A stretch of 64,000 nucleotides of DNA from IMG/VR virus record IMGVR_UViG_3300025913_000018; one strand, written 5' to 3'. The notes beneath the pieces are model-generated. The model saw nothing but the letters and a program-made list of their open reading frames with translations, made no database searches and was not told where the DNA came from. Source of the DNA: a virus (taxonomy: Duplodnaviria > Heunggongvirae > Uroviricota > Caudoviricetes). Shown in pieces: positions 9,711-20,009 of the stretch; the first letter of the stretch is position 1; every line of letters starts with the position of its first letter. Made by a program: the position numbers and the translations under genes.

Positions 9711-10693
9711 CCCTTTCTTACGCCGAGCTTCTGGACGTCCGGAAGATCGGGATCGGCTCGACAGAACTCACATAGAGGCTGAGGGTCGTAGCTCTTCCGG
9801 TAGTTGGATTCCGGAACGGGAGCCTCCGGGAAGAACTTGCACTTGGAGCACATCTTCGGCTCCTTCTGGATGTTGTTCATTCGGCTCCGGAGTTCCCTGA
9901 TGTGGCCCCGAAGTAGGGAGTGGTCCATCACTTCGAACGGCTCGTCTCCGGATCGTAGCGCGCCTCGATACAAGTCATGATGTCGGGAGGGAGCGGACGG
10001 TTCCCGTAGGTCAGCGGGTCTTCCGTGTAGAAGTGGATCCCGTTACCGAGACGCCCATACTCTCCGCAGTTCTCGCAGGCCATACGAGTCGAACCGTATG
10101 GCTGGTTTCGCTGGGTGATGAGGTGGAGGATCTTCATCGGTTCTTCGGTCACACGAGCCTCTTTCGGTTGAGGATGACGAAGACGATCAGACCGAGAGCG
10201 ATCCCCTCTCGCGGTAGAAGATGGTCCCACACCCCGTAGAGGAACAAAGGGATCATGATCACGAGGAGCGTGTACCCCACCGCTCGAAGAACGGACGCGA
10301 CCCTCTCAGAGTACACGGACGCCTACTCGCAGTCTTTCTCTCGATCGTCGACCCAACGACGTCCGTGAGGAGAACAGTGAGGACCTTCGTGTCCGCGCTT
10401 GAGTTGACAGCGACCAGCGTTCGGACCCCTCTCGCCGATCTCCACCGCGTACGAGTTGTACTTCCCACAAGAAGGCGCCTCGGTCTTCTGTTCCATGGGG
10501 CGTGTTACTCCTTCCAGGGATGCTTCGATGTGGAGGTAGACCTCATAGGCGAGACCAAAACTCCCTGAGCCACCGGTGAAGACCGCGACTGGAGTACGTC
10601 CGGGGACGTGGAGGATCACGAGGACATGCTCCCCTTCTTTCAGAGGGCGAGTCCCGGGGACCCATCCTCGATCCGACGTAAGCTCGACCCGGC

Positions 10694-11302
10694 TCATCTT
10701 CTCCACCATGCCGTAGGATCTCCGGGCGCCGTCGTCACGAGCCGGAACGTGAGGTTCATCCGCGGACCCACGGGCTTCGACGTCTTCGGGACGCTATGGG
10801 CCCAGTACCTCTGGAGCGCTCCCTTCATGAGAAGGCAGTCACCCCCACCGAGGAGGTACTCGACCTTCTCGTCATCGCTCTTCCGCTTCAAGACGAAGCG
10901 GCGCGCGGACCCGAGGGAGACGCTCGCGATCACCGGCCCTAGCTCTGGCTCGTCGTCGGAATGGAACCCCACGGAGTCCTTCCCGTCCCGGTAGTAGTTC
11001 ACGAGGACCGAGTTGAACTCGCCGATCTCAACCAACTCCTTCCGAAGAGGGAGCAGCAAGTCAGGCCAGGGGAGGGGCTCGAACCGCTTCCCAGAGTACG
11101 TGTAGGAGGTTCCCGGTTCCCCGTGCCAACTCGTAAGCCGAGGCATCGGTACGTCCCCTCCCGCGAAGCGAAGAGACTCCTGTTTCAAGGGGAGGGACTG
11201 GACGAGGTCTCTCATGAGACGGTCGTGGTTCGGGACCGCGTCCACGTAGTGGTTGACGTGCCCGTCTCCCGGATAGAACGTCTGCGAAGAGACGAGCCTC
11301 AT
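10694..11302 (-). CDS. alkB: AlkB-family 2OG-Fe(II) dioxygenase (ALKBH2/3-like)
   Basis: PRLTSW, FNSVLVNYYRDGKDSVGFHSDDE (HxD), IASVSLG, WAHSVPK (distal His), RMNLTFR. Confidence 0.92.
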   Translation of the reverse strand: MRLVSSQTFYPGDGHVNHYVDAVPNHDRLMRDLVQSLPLKQESLRFAGGDVPMPRLTSWHGEPGTSYTYSGKRFEPLPWPDLLLPLRKELVEIGEFNSVLVNYYRDGKDSVGFHSDDEPELGPVIASVSLGSARRFVLKRKSDDEKVEYLLGGGDCLLMKGALQRYWAHSVPKTSKPVGPRMNLTFRLVTTAPGDPTAWWRR

Positions 11303-11826
11303 TGAGACAGCTCGTCGGCCATCTCCTCCAGGGCCAGGGCGAAGGCCGACCAATCGTCGGTCGGATGCCACTCGCCCACGTGGGGTCGCTTCCCTTGGTA
11401 GCTCCGAACCTTCTCGTGGTAGAACTTGGCCCGCTCGCGAAGCTCGGAGATGACCGAGTCGCGACCCGTCGACCTACGGACGGCGTCCGCGTAGTTGTCT
11501 AGGGCGGCCGAGAAGGCGAACCCGTCGCTCGACCCCTGGAGGCTGAGAAGAACGCCCCTAGCGTGTTCTACGGTGTCGGGCGCCAGGGCTCGGATCTCAG
11601 CCGCCAGATCGCTATCTCGATCGCTGATCATTCGCTTTCCCTTATCGCTCCGATGGGCCTGAAGGAAGAGGATCAGGATCGTCGGGAAGAGGCCGAAGTT
11701 CAAGACGCTCCAGAGCTGACCCCGCGATTCCAAGGCGAGGGTCACGGTGAGGAAGGCGAGGATAGCTCCGAGACCGTTCAGGACCTGGTCCATGAGTCTC
11801 AATCGCATTATCGCCCGTTTCGCCAT
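11299..11826 (-). CDS. Membrane protein, two N-terminal TM helices
   Basis: Two hydrophobic segments; start 7 nt from class II element. Confidence 0.6.
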   Translation of the reverse strand: MAKRAIMRLRLMDQVLNGLGAILAFLTVTLALESRGQLWSVLNFGLFPTILILFLQAHRSDKGKRMISDRDSDLAAEIRALAPDTVEHARGVLLSLQGSSDGFAFSAALDNYADAVRRSTGRDSVISELRERAKFYHEKVRSYQGKRPHVGEWHPTDDWSAFALALEEMADELSQ

Positions 11827-11833
11827 CGATGCC

Positions 11834-11848
11834 TTACGCCCGGCGTAA
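11834..11848. promoter_or_regulatory. Divergent class II element TTACGC-CCG-GCGTAA
   Basis: Exactly 7 nt from each divergent ATG (11826 and 11856). Confidence 0.7.
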
Positions 11849-11855
11849 CGTCCCC

Positions 11856-12152
11856 ATGAGAGACGAGAAGTTCATGTTGGAACAGTACGCTCGCGAGAAG
11901 AAAGACCTCGTGCTCTTCCCCCTCCCTGGAGACGAAGCGATCCGAGGCCGGATCGTCTACGTTCGAGGCGACGACTTCCTCTTCTTGTCCCGAGACCGGC
12001 GGAGGTCTCAGTGGGGGAACTTGAAGAACGACTCGATCCGTCCCTGGGACGAAGTGAAGCACTGGAACCGCTTCACCAACCGGAACGACTTCCACTTCAT
12101 CGTCGGGCCGAACGTCGGGGCGTTCATGGACTGGACCGATTGGGTGGCCTAA
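11856..12152 (+). CDS. Hypothetical protein
   Basis: ATG 7 nt after GCGTAA, no Shine-Dalgarno. Confidence 0.6.
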   Translation: MRDEKFMLEQYAREKKDLVLFPLPGDEAIRGRIVYVRGDDFLFLSRDRRRSQWGNLKNDSIRPWDEVKHWNRFTNRNDFHFIVGPNVGAFMDWTDWVA

Positions 12153-12181
12153 GCCTCATCCCCGAGTTCTCAGAACTGTAC

Positions 12182-12550
12182 GTGGCGCGAATTGAATACT
12201 TCGCGACCCTCTCCCACGACCTCTCTCGAAGGTACCTGGGGTACCCGGTGTACCTAGTGGGCGGGGCGCTCCTTCGGGACGAAGAACCGAGGGACGTCGA
12301 TCTCGTGATCGAACTCCCCCAGGACGTGTTCGAGTACGCCTACGGGAAGTACGACGATTGGATCGTAGGGAAGGTCTGGTCGAACGAGACGTGGCTCCGA
12401 TGGGCTCGGGACGTCGCGAAGATCAGCGAGAATCTCTCCCACGAGTCGAGAAGGATGGTCGACTTCCGAACCCAGCATCCCAAGACGTCTCACCTCTACC
12501 GAGACCTCCCGAAGATGAGGCTCTCGACAGAGATCGTTCGAGGTCGCTAG
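12182..12550 (+). CDS. Minimal Pol-beta-family nucleotidyltransferase
   Basis: VYLVGGALLRDEEPRDVDLVI (hG[GS]...DxD) and distal VDF; start uncertain. Confidence 0.7.
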   Translation: MARIEYFATLSHDLSRRYLGYPVYLVGGALLRDEEPRDVDLVIELPQDVFEYAYGKYDDWIVGKVWSNETWLRWARDVAKISENLSHESRRMVDFRTQHPKTSHLYRDLPKMRLSTEIVRGR

Positions 12551-12583
12551 GACGTTTTCGCCCCTATCGTAGCCCGAGAGGAT

Positions 12584-13054
12584 ATGGCTCCCCCTCGGAA
12601 GATCTATCAGGCGATCGGCGCCACCCCTCAGAGCGCTTGTGATGCGATCGGAGCGACCTCTACCTCCGACGTCGCAGCCCTTGGACTAGCGTCTGGGACG
12701 TACACGCCGACACTCGCCATCCGAAGCGGTGTCGGGCTCACTCTCGATCAACCCACGACACCATGGACCTACTCAAAAGTAGGGCGCGTGGTCACCGTCT
12801 CAGGATCCTCTCACGTCGTTTCGACGATCGGAAGCGGCGACGTACAGATCACCGCGACCCTGCCTGTCCCGGGCACTGCCGCCGGCTTCTCGGGTGTTGG
12901 ATGCTGCCTTAGCCCGGGCACGACGCCGCCTATCAACCCCAGCACGATTCTCGTCGGAAACCTCGGGAGCGGAGAGATCGCGCTGGTTACTATGACGCTC
13001 ATAGCGATCGTCGGATCCGCGACTTTCTTGTACTCGTTTCAATACACCATCTGA
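12584..13054 (+). CDS. Tail-fibre/receptor-binding C-terminal-like beta protein
   Basis: SGTYTPTL...YSKVGRVVTVSG...TLPV pattern; Thr/Gly/Ser-rich. Confidence 0.5.
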   Translation: MAPPRKIYQAIGATPQSACDAIGATSTSDVAALGLASGTYTPTLAIRSGVGLTLDQPTTPWTYSKVGRVVTVSGSSHVVSTIGSGDVQITATLPVPGTAAGFSGVGCCLSPGTTPPINPSTILVGNLGSGEIALVTMTLIAIVGSATFLYSFQYTI

Positions 13055-13496
13055 CGACCTACCGAAGACCGATCTTCGGGTAATTGGTACGAACCAGGTA
13101 CTGGACCCGGACCTCTACCCCCATCGTGCTTCGGAACAATCATGAGATGCGTGGCTGCGGTCATTGTCCACTTCGCTTTCGGTCTGCAACATACGCAGCG
13201 AACGACTCGTCATCAGGGTCGTCATAGTTGTCCCAGGCTGCTCGGATTTTCAACTTCGCGTCGATCATGCAGGCCCACCATCCCGATACGATCACGAGCG
13301 CTACCGCGACCCTCATCGTGAGCCCTCAGAGAGCCAGTACGCGGCTCGATCGAGCACTCGACAAACGATCGGGTACCGATCCGAATCGAGGGTCTGGGAG
13401 ACGTCAAGAAGAACGGCGACCAGAAGTCGATCTTCCGCTACCGCGCGTGTCCAGGCGATGTACCGGCGCTGTAGTCGAACTTCTCTCATGAGCCCC

Positions 13497-13512
13497 TTAC
13501 GCCGAAGCGTAA
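13497..13512. promoter_or_regulatory. Divergent class II element TTACGC-CGAA-GCGTAA
   Basis: 7 and 8 nt from divergent ATGs 13489 and 13521. Confidence 0.7.
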
Positions 13513-13520
13513 CGTCCCCC

Positions 13521-13790
13521 ATGAAGAAGCTCGCGCTAGTCGTCCTCGCCCTCACGCTTTCGGGTTGCCCGGTGAGCGACTCCAGCGCCGACGAGGCGCT
13601 CCGAGAGGAAGGTCTCCACGATCCTTCGTACGGAGGACCGTCGCCCTGGTCGTGTCACGACGGCGATCACTTCTCTCGAAGCTTCGACGCCCATCGAACG
13701 ACACTCGATCGAGACGGTCATCCTCAGGAGATCGCCGTCTCCGGAGTGATCTGCTGCGGGTACCTCACCTGCGTCGTTCGAGTAGACTGA
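13521..13790 (+). CDS. Putative lipoprotein
   Basis: MKKLALVVLALTLSGC signal peptide II with lipobox LSGC. Confidence 0.75.
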   Translation: MKKLALVVLALTLSGCPVSDSSADEALREEGLHDPSYGGPSPWSCHDGDHFSRSFDAHRTTLDRDGHPQEIAVSGVICCGYLTCVVRVD

Positions 13791-14200
13791 CCCCTCACTT
13801 GTAGAGAGGGAGCGATCCTCGGGTCACCTTGAAAGAGACTATCCCGGATCTGATCGGACGCTTCCCGATCTCCGCATACCCACCTAGATGAATCCCGGCC
13901 CCCTCGGGGAGAAGATCGGAGAGACGCTGAGTAGCTACCACGACCGCGTCTGAATCCGCGGTCGCGACTTCGAAGCTCACGATCGCCCCCGCCGTCTCCA
14001 GCAAGACTTGGTACAAAGGGACGCACTCCTCTGAGGGCTCCGGGTGTTGCTCCGAGGTCTCAGGGAAATGAAGGTTGGTTTCCCGGAGATGGTTCAAGGC
14101 TCTCGCTGCGTACTTCTCCGGCGTCCCGAGCGTCCCACAAGCGTTACTGTGGATGAGAGCAGCTAGGATTCGGACGTACTCTTCTCGTCGAGTCATGTTC

Positions 14201-14692
14201 TCATCTCCAGTAAAGGTGAAGGCCCCACTTCAGCTGTACGTCGTACACGGCGGAGAGGAGCGCGATGTCGGCTTCGAACCGCTTCTGGAACTGAGTCAAC
14301 TCCAGAGCCTGGGATTGACCGTCGACCGGAAGAGAGACGTGAGCGTCTCCTCCCTCGTGGTAGGAGAAGTCTCGCTGTCCCTTCGCGGGCCTCAGGTTCG
14401 AGAGGTAGTAGAAGACCGTCGGATCTTTGGTGTCTTCGATCCAGGTCAGGTTCTCTCGATCTCCCATAGCCTCCATCGGGTTCGGACGATACGGGAGCAT
14501 GCTCTGGGTCTTACCCCAGGCGGATCCGCACTCCGAACAGAACTTCTTCTCCACTTCCCAGGAGAACTTCGAACGCCTCGCGTAGGTCCCGCACTTCTCG
14601 TTCGTACAGCCGAACATGTCGGTGAGTCTCATCTCCGGACGAAACCGAGCCTCGACGTAGGGGCCGAGGTAGACGCTGAGGTAGCTTGACAT
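14201..14692 (-). CDS. Zn-ribbon-containing hypothetical protein
   Basis: CTNEKC and CSEC; start 7 nt from class II element. Confidence 0.65.
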   Translation of the reverse strand: MSSYLSVYLGPYVEARFRPEMRLTDMFGCTNEKCGTYARRSKFSWEVEKKFCSECGSAWGKTQSMLPYRPNPMEAMGDRENLTWIEDTKDPTVFYYLSNLRPAKGQRDFSYHEGGDAHVSLPVDGQSQALELTQFQKRFEADIALLSAVYDVQLKWGLHLYWR

Positions 14693-14699
14693 GGAGGGG

Positions 14700-14714
14700 T
14701 TACGCCCCGGGTAA
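14700..14714. promoter_or_regulatory. Divergent class II element TTACGC-CCC-GGGTAA
   Basis: 7 and 8 nt from divergent ATGs 14692 and 14723. Confidence 0.65.
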
Positions 14715-15124
14715 CGTGAAGAATGTTCTCTCGCGTCATTCATTCGAGGATCGGCTACTGCCCGACGTGTAAGATCGCGGTCCTCCTCGAAGTGAAGCCA
14801 GAGTCCGAGACGTACACCACCGGGAAGCACCTCGCGCCATGCGGGGCGCCCTGCTTCGGGGGCGGGCTATCCGAGACCCAGGTCGAGAAGAAGGACGCCC
14901 ACGGAGGGCCTTTCCGGTGCCCTAAGGGGTGCCCTGATCCGTAGCTCTTCGGGCGTCCAAGATCTCCTTCAGTCGGCTCGGATCTTCGACCCAGGAGGCG
15001 TACTCTGCCTCGGAGAACCCGAGCCATTGTGCTAGCGAGACCCCAGACTGAGCGGCGTGCCAGGCATCGATCGCGTCGTCGATCTCCTCAACTTCGCCGC
15101 GTAGCGCCCGCTCCACGAAGGTGG

Positions 15125-15643
15125 TCACTCTCGACTCAGTTCCTTCTGGTACGGAGAGGGAGCCAACTCCTTCGTGAACTGAGAGGAGTCGAGATGGTCC
15201 CCGATCGCCGTTCGTCCCTTCACGAGGTGGAGGAGCGCGATCTTCGCGTAGCTCGCAGCGAAGCCCAACTCACCCGGGACGTAGTCGATCGGAGTGTTCT
15301 CCGTCGGAAGGTTCAACGACGCCGTCTCCAACAGGAGGTAGATCTCGGCGAGGGCCTTCTTCACGGGGCTGAGATCTTGGAAGGCCAGACGATAGCGTTC
15401 GAGGATCGTCATGCCCGAAGAATCGCGGAACAAGAAGCGCGGAGCCTTCTTTGGATAGACGACACGAGGACCCCATTCCCAACCCACGAAGGGCTGAGGG
15501 ATCTGTTCGAGGTCCTTCAGCTTCCACTCGGTTCTCTCGAAGGTACAGACGTAGAGATCCGGAGAACCGCCGACCTCGACGATCATCTTTCTCCCCGTCT
15601 TCTTCTCGATCATCCAGTAGTAGCCGGCTTCGGTCGGTGTCAT
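15125..15643 (-). CDS. Hypothetical protein with N-terminal PTEAGYYW module
   Basis: Similar module in 36517..36774; GCGTAA 7 nt upstream. Confidence 0.65.
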   Translation of the reverse strand: MTPTEAGYYWMIEKKTGRKMIVEVGGSPDLYVCTFERTEWKLKDLEQIPQPFVGWEWGPRVVYPKKAPRFLFRDSSGMTILERYRLAFQDLSPVKKALAEIYLLLETASLNLPTENTPIDYVPGELGFAASYAKIALLHLVKGRTAIGDHLDSSQFTKELAPSPYQKELSRE

Positions 15644-16497
15644 GGGTCCCTTACGCTCCGATTCGAGTAGAGGTCCATCATCGTCTCGACGAGGTCTCTC
15701 TCAGGAAGCTTCGGAGCGAGGCTCCAAGCGAGTTCCCTCTTTCGTCGGCGCCGATCTCTTCGCCGACGCTTTCGAACCCGGCGCTTCCTCCGAGTCATCG
15801 CGAGCGGCGACGTTCGAGAACCGCCCGAGCGACGGCCTGGGCTCCGGCTTCGGAGATCACTCCACGAAGGTCGCTGAGGTCGACGGATGGGTGCTTCTTC
15901 ACGTACGCCTTCACGAGCGTCTCGACATCGAAGGCGAGTCCCCGACCCTCCTCCTTCATCCGACCGTCCGTCTCGAAGAGGCGCTTCGTACGGGGCTTCT
16001 TCGGTGGAGACATAGTCTTCGACAGGGAAGCGGCAGAGATCTTGGACGGATCGAATTCGCGAGCCATCCGTCCCTTACGCTCGGTTTCGCTGGAAGTAAG
16101 CAACGAGGCCTCCCACGATCCCTCCGCCGATCACCACCAAGACGGTAAGCGTGGGGTAGGTGATGAAGGTCTCGAAGAACGGATCGAAGAAGGCCTTCAT
16201 GACATCACTCCTTTGAGGTGGCGGACGGGATCAGGCTTTCCATCGCCCCGAGGGATCGGATGTAGACCTGGTAGACGGTGACTCCGGGCTCGCGGTGGGA
16301 AGGTTCGGCCTCAACCTTCGCTTCCCAGACGCCCGGACCGTAGAACGTCGAAATCCAATCGGCGAACTCCTGAGCCTTCTCACGAGTGTGGCGACGGTGC
16401 TTCCCGAGGGCTGGAACGATCCACTCCCCCGGAACAACCACCCCGTCCACGAGACGAGCTTCAGACTTCTTGCTCTCTTCGGTCATCGTACGTCCGT

Positions 16498-17133
16498 TTA
16501 AGAATTGGGAGAAGCTATCTGAAGGAACTGCCTCACGCGTTCCATCAGGTTCGACTCCGACTCCGAGCGTACCCGGAGAAGGAACTCGTTCAGTACGGGA
16601 GTGACCGCCCGAATCAGCTCCGGAAGGAGAGGATCCTCTTCGTTGGCTTCGTCTTTTGGCTGAGACACTGGAGCCGGAGACGAGGGTGCGGCCTTCTTTC
16701 GAGATTTCTTGGCGCGCTCAGAGTTCCTCGCCAAGAAGCGAGGTTCGTCCGAATGGATCCAAGCGAGGATGTTCGCGTCAGTCCAAAGATCCGCACTGGG
16801 CGAAGACGCCGAGGCGAGAAGAGCGCCCGCCTTCCTCATGACGGAGAGGGGGACAATACGATCGGAGTTGAGGTACCGATTCAACGTCGTACGCGGCACT
16901 TCCAGACGCCGAGACGCTTCGCGTCGACCGATACCCAGCTCGTCGAAGACCTCTTGGAGCTTCAGAGAGCACGTCGCGGGGTTCGATGAGGACGGATACT
17001 TCATGATCTTGATCAACTCCCAAGGATCTACGTCCTGACGGAGACGACGAGGGTCTCTCAGAATCGAGGCTAGCAGAGCTTTCTTCGGAGAAGAAAGCGG
17101 GCTGCGAGGAATCCACTCATCCAAGCTCCCCAC
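16498..17133 (-). CDS. XRE-family helix-turn-helix regulator
   Basis: LQEVFDELGIGRREASRRLEVPRTTLNRYLNSDRIVP; start uncertain. Confidence 0.75.
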   Translation of the reverse strand: MGSLDEWIPRSPLSSPKKALLASILRDPRRLRQDVDPWELIKIMKYPSSSNPATCSLKLQEVFDELGIGRREASRRLEVPRTTLNRYLNSDRIVPLSVMRKAGALLASASSPSADLWTDANILAWIHSDEPRFLARNSERAKKSRKKAAPSSPAPVSQPKDEANEEDPLLPELIRAVTPVLNEFLLRVRSESESNLMERVRQFLQIASPNS

Positions 17134-17448
17134 TTTACGCCGGAGGAGGTTCCATGAGCTCTCTGGCCAACCGAAGGGCTCGGATCGTCGAGATCGTGTT
17201 CCGAAGGTGCCAGCGACGATCGGCCGCGGGACACGGAGGACATCCCGGTCCGTGACGTTCCAAGAACGAATCCTCCACCTCGGACTCGTGGAACTGGATG
17301 GCGTCCTCGATCTCTTGAATCCGAACGCTCTGGACGGGGGAGAGGGAGTAGCGGAAAGCTCTCCGATTGCGGACGAGAACCGCCAGCTCCGACTCGCTCA
17401 AGGAGCGTTCTCGCCAAAAACGATCGTACCGAGTGAGCATCCTCTCCC

Positions 17449-17458
17449 TTACGCGTAA
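17449..17458. promoter_or_regulatory. Overlapping divergent class II element TTACGCGTAA
   Basis: Perfect 10-bp palindrome 8 nt from each divergent ATG (17440 and 17467). Confidence 0.7.
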
Positions 17459-17466
17459 GGTGGGGG

Positions 17467-17946
17467 ATGACCCCGACTGAGATCGACCTCGACCGAGCCG
17501 TCCGCCTTCTCGCCGCCGTGGGGAAACGGGTACGAGGCGAGGATTGCGGTTCAGAGTACTGGCGGAAGGATGACGCCTGTGTGACGAACGGGTGCGTCCG
17601 CCTCTTCACCGACGATGAAGGCGGGAACGTGAAGTGGTACTTCCGCGACGGAGAGAGCGTCTTGGAAGCTACGGTCTCAGCTCTTCTCGTAGAACGTTCG
17701 GATGAGCTGTACAGGTTGGCGTGTGACGACGCAACCTGCGCCTCTCACGGGAACCTCACTCGCTATCGAGAGAAGGCGGAGAGGCTTCGAAAGCTCCGGG
17801 CCGATCCAAACTTGGCCGAGAGAAACCTCTTGGGGGAGATGGACGATCTCTACTTGCTCCTCACGGAAGACGAGAAGGAGATCGTGGAAAGCGAGAGCTG
17901 GAACAAGACCCTCTACCCGAGACCCGTCGACTCAGAGGCGAAGTGA
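17467..17946 (+). CDS. Hypothetical protein
   Basis: 159 aa. Confidence 0.65.
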   Translation: MTPTEIDLDRAVRLLAAVGKRVRGEDCGSEYWRKDDACVTNGCVRLFTDDEGGNVKWYFRDGESVLEATVSALLVERSDELYRLACDDATCASHGNLTRYREKAERLRKLRADPNLAERNLLGEMDDLYLLLTEDEKEIVESESWNKTLYPRPVDSEAK

Positions 17947-18140
17947 CCCTCCTGGACGGCTACGTCACGAAGTACGAACCGGAGCGTGGTCTCGTCACCG
18001 TACGGCTTCGCGTAGGGAGCGAGGTCGAGTTCTCAGCCGAGGGGCTCTCTGACGGCGGTAGGCGCCTTCCGGAAGTGGGGGATGGGGTAGTGGTCGTCCT
18101 CGACGCGCGGGGGAAGGTACGGGGCGCGAGAGCAGCCTAG
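17943..18140 (+). CDS. Cold-shock-like OB-fold small protein
   Basis: GYVTKYEPERGLVTV...VEF...LPEVGDGV. Confidence 0.45.
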   Translation: MTLLDGYVTKYEPERGLVTVRLRVGSEVEFSAEGLSDGGRRLPEVGDGVVVVLDARGKVRGARAA

Positions 18141-18159
18141 TCGGTAGAGTCCGCTGAAG

Positions 18160-19008
18160 ATGGACATCCCGATCAACATCCGAGTCCAGTTCGATGAGAA
18201 CTCCGCGACCTACCAGTTGGAGAAGCCTTCGACGGTCTTTCTCTCGATGGAGCAGAGGGATGACGATTTGCTCGCGAAGTGGAGGGCGATCCTCTCTCGC
18301 CCGATCGAGGCCCCGACCTCGGTCTCCTTCTCGACAGGACGACCGCGCGAGACGCTGCGCCTGAAGGAACTGATCGCAGCGGTTCTTCTGGGAGTCCCGT
18401 CCGACAAGATCGGCCTCTTCACGAACATCCGCTTCCGCGACCCGAAGGGCGTTCCGATCGAGTACATCGGAACGGAACATCTCCGGTCCGTCATGGACGA
18501 ACCGAGGGATACCCCCTACCCGGAGCAGCCCGAGACGGAGGCTCGCCCGGCCTACTTCAAAGACCGGAAGTTCGACACGACACTCGAAGAGCCTCTCTTC
18601 GGGGTAGTGGAGCGTCCGTTGCTTGACAACGACCCCGAGCTGTCCCTGTTGTGGGGGGACTGGTTCTACACGAAGGTGAAGGTCGACCGAGCGTTCCCGG
18701 ACGCGGTCCCCGGTATCTACCATCGCTTCCCGGAAAGCGAAGAGATCGAGCCCCAGGAAGCGGTCGCTCTCGACATCCTCGCGGCCCAGCAGCGAGTCGT
18801 ACTACAGACTCAACTCGCCCATCATCGGAAGCTCATGGAGAAGGTTCGGGCGGCGACCTCGATCTTGGAAACTCGTTCGGCCCTCGCCGAATGCAAGAGC
18901 CACTACCAGATCTTGACGAAGGCGGAGAGGGCGATTCTGGACCCGGAGTTCAACCAGATGATGGGGGAGTTGAGCGTCTCTCCCGTTACTGGTCCCCGCA
19001 ACCAGTAA
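18160..19008 (+). CDS. Hypothetical protein
   Basis: 282 aa ORF with protein-like composition. Confidence 0.7.
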   Translation: MDIPINIRVQFDENSATYQLEKPSTVFLSMEQRDDDLLAKWRAILSRPIEAPTSVSFSTGRPRETLRLKELIAAVLLGVPSDKIGLFTNIRFRDPKGVPIEYIGTEHLRSVMDEPRDTPYPEQPETEARPAYFKDRKFDTTLEEPLFGVVERPLLDNDPELSLLWGDWFYTKVKVDRAFPDAVPGIYHRFPESEEIEPQEAVALDILAAQQRVVLQTQLAHHRKLMEKVRAATSILETRSALAECKSHYQILTKAERAILDPEFNQMMGELSVSPVTGPRNQ

Positions 19009-19013
19009 GGCGC

Positions 19014-19331
19014 TTAGAGGGGCCCGTAGGCTTCGATCGCTTCCTTCGCGTCGACCAATCCACACCCCGTCAACATCCGAAGACGCTGGATGGCGTGGAT
19101 CTTCCGAGCGTAGAGGGCGTCGGCCGAGGTCTCTCCTGGGCGAATGGAACGGCCGTGGATGACGGCGAGAGCGATCGAGGTCGCATCGAGGTTGGGCTCC
19201 AACTTCCCCAAGGCCTCGACTAGAGCGTCTCGGAGCTGAAGGGCGTCCTTCAGCGGGAGGACGAGAACCGACCCCGGGGAAAAGGGAAGTTCGATCCGAA
19301 CGGAGTCCTTGGAGAGGAAGACGTTGATCAT
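19014..19331 (-). CDS. Protein with ribosomal L7/L12 C-terminal-like domain
   Basis: RKIHAIQRLRMLTGCGLVDAKEAIE resembles the KI.AIK.VR..TGLGLKEAK..VE signature. Confidence 0.7.
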   Translation of the reverse strand: MINVFLSKDSVRIELPFSPGSVLVLPLKDALQLRDALVEALGKLEPNLDATSIALAVIHGRSIRPGETSADALYARKIHAIQRLRMLTGCGLVDAKEAIEAYGPL

Positions 19332-19478
19332 CCCTGTCTCCTCTCCGCTTCGGCACGACCCTCGATACGGCCCGCGTCCCAAGCTCGGCGATAGAGCAGG
19401 GAGGCGCCGAAGTAGAGGTTCAGCATGATGGACGCGATCATGACCATCCAGAACACGAACTCGGTGTCGTTGTTCATC

Positions 19479-20009
19479 TCAGTCCTTCGTGGAGGAAAGG
19501 TCGGCCAGGGTAGCAGCGAGGGTAGAGAGGGCTCGACCGCAGCAATCGTCGTCGTGGGTCGAGTCTTCGAAGGCTTCGGTCGCGGCTTTCGTAGCCAGTT
19601 CCGACGCTCTCTTCAACCCCATCACGATTCCTTCGGCTCGTAGGCGCTCGTCCCGAGCTTTCCCCGCCTCGTCGAGATTCGCGAGGACGTCCTTCACGGA
19701 AGGAATCGACGGATCAGGGAAGACGTGCTCGTGCTCCCCAGCCTTCATGTCGTGACCCCAGGGCGCTCGACAACGCCCGGTGGAGTTGAAGATACCGCAG
19801 CGGTCCCTATCGTCGGAGAGAGGGAGCTGACCTACGGCCTCGACGAGGGCCGCGAGGCGAGCTTCGGCCTTTTCGGTTGCCTCCGCTCGAACGGAGGAGA
19901 TCTTCTCACTCTCCTCCAACCTGTAGAGGAGGTCGTTCTCCCGGCCCAGGCAGCTGGGAGGGTGGGAACCGAACCGACCGCAATACGGACACGTCGTTTG
20001 AACGGACAT
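19479..20009 (-). CDS. Hypothetical protein with Cys/His clusters
   Basis: CPYC..HPPSC N-terminus; GCGTAA 10 nt upstream. Confidence 0.6.
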   Translation of the reverse strand: MSVQTTCPYCGRFGSHPPSCLGRENDLLYRLEESEKISSVRAEATEKAEARLAALVEAVGQLPLSDDRDRCGIFNSTGRCRAPWGHDMKAGEHEHVFPDPSIPSVKDVLANLDEAGKARDERLRAEGIVMGLKRASELATKAATEAFEDSTHDDDCCGRALSTLAATLADLSSTKD

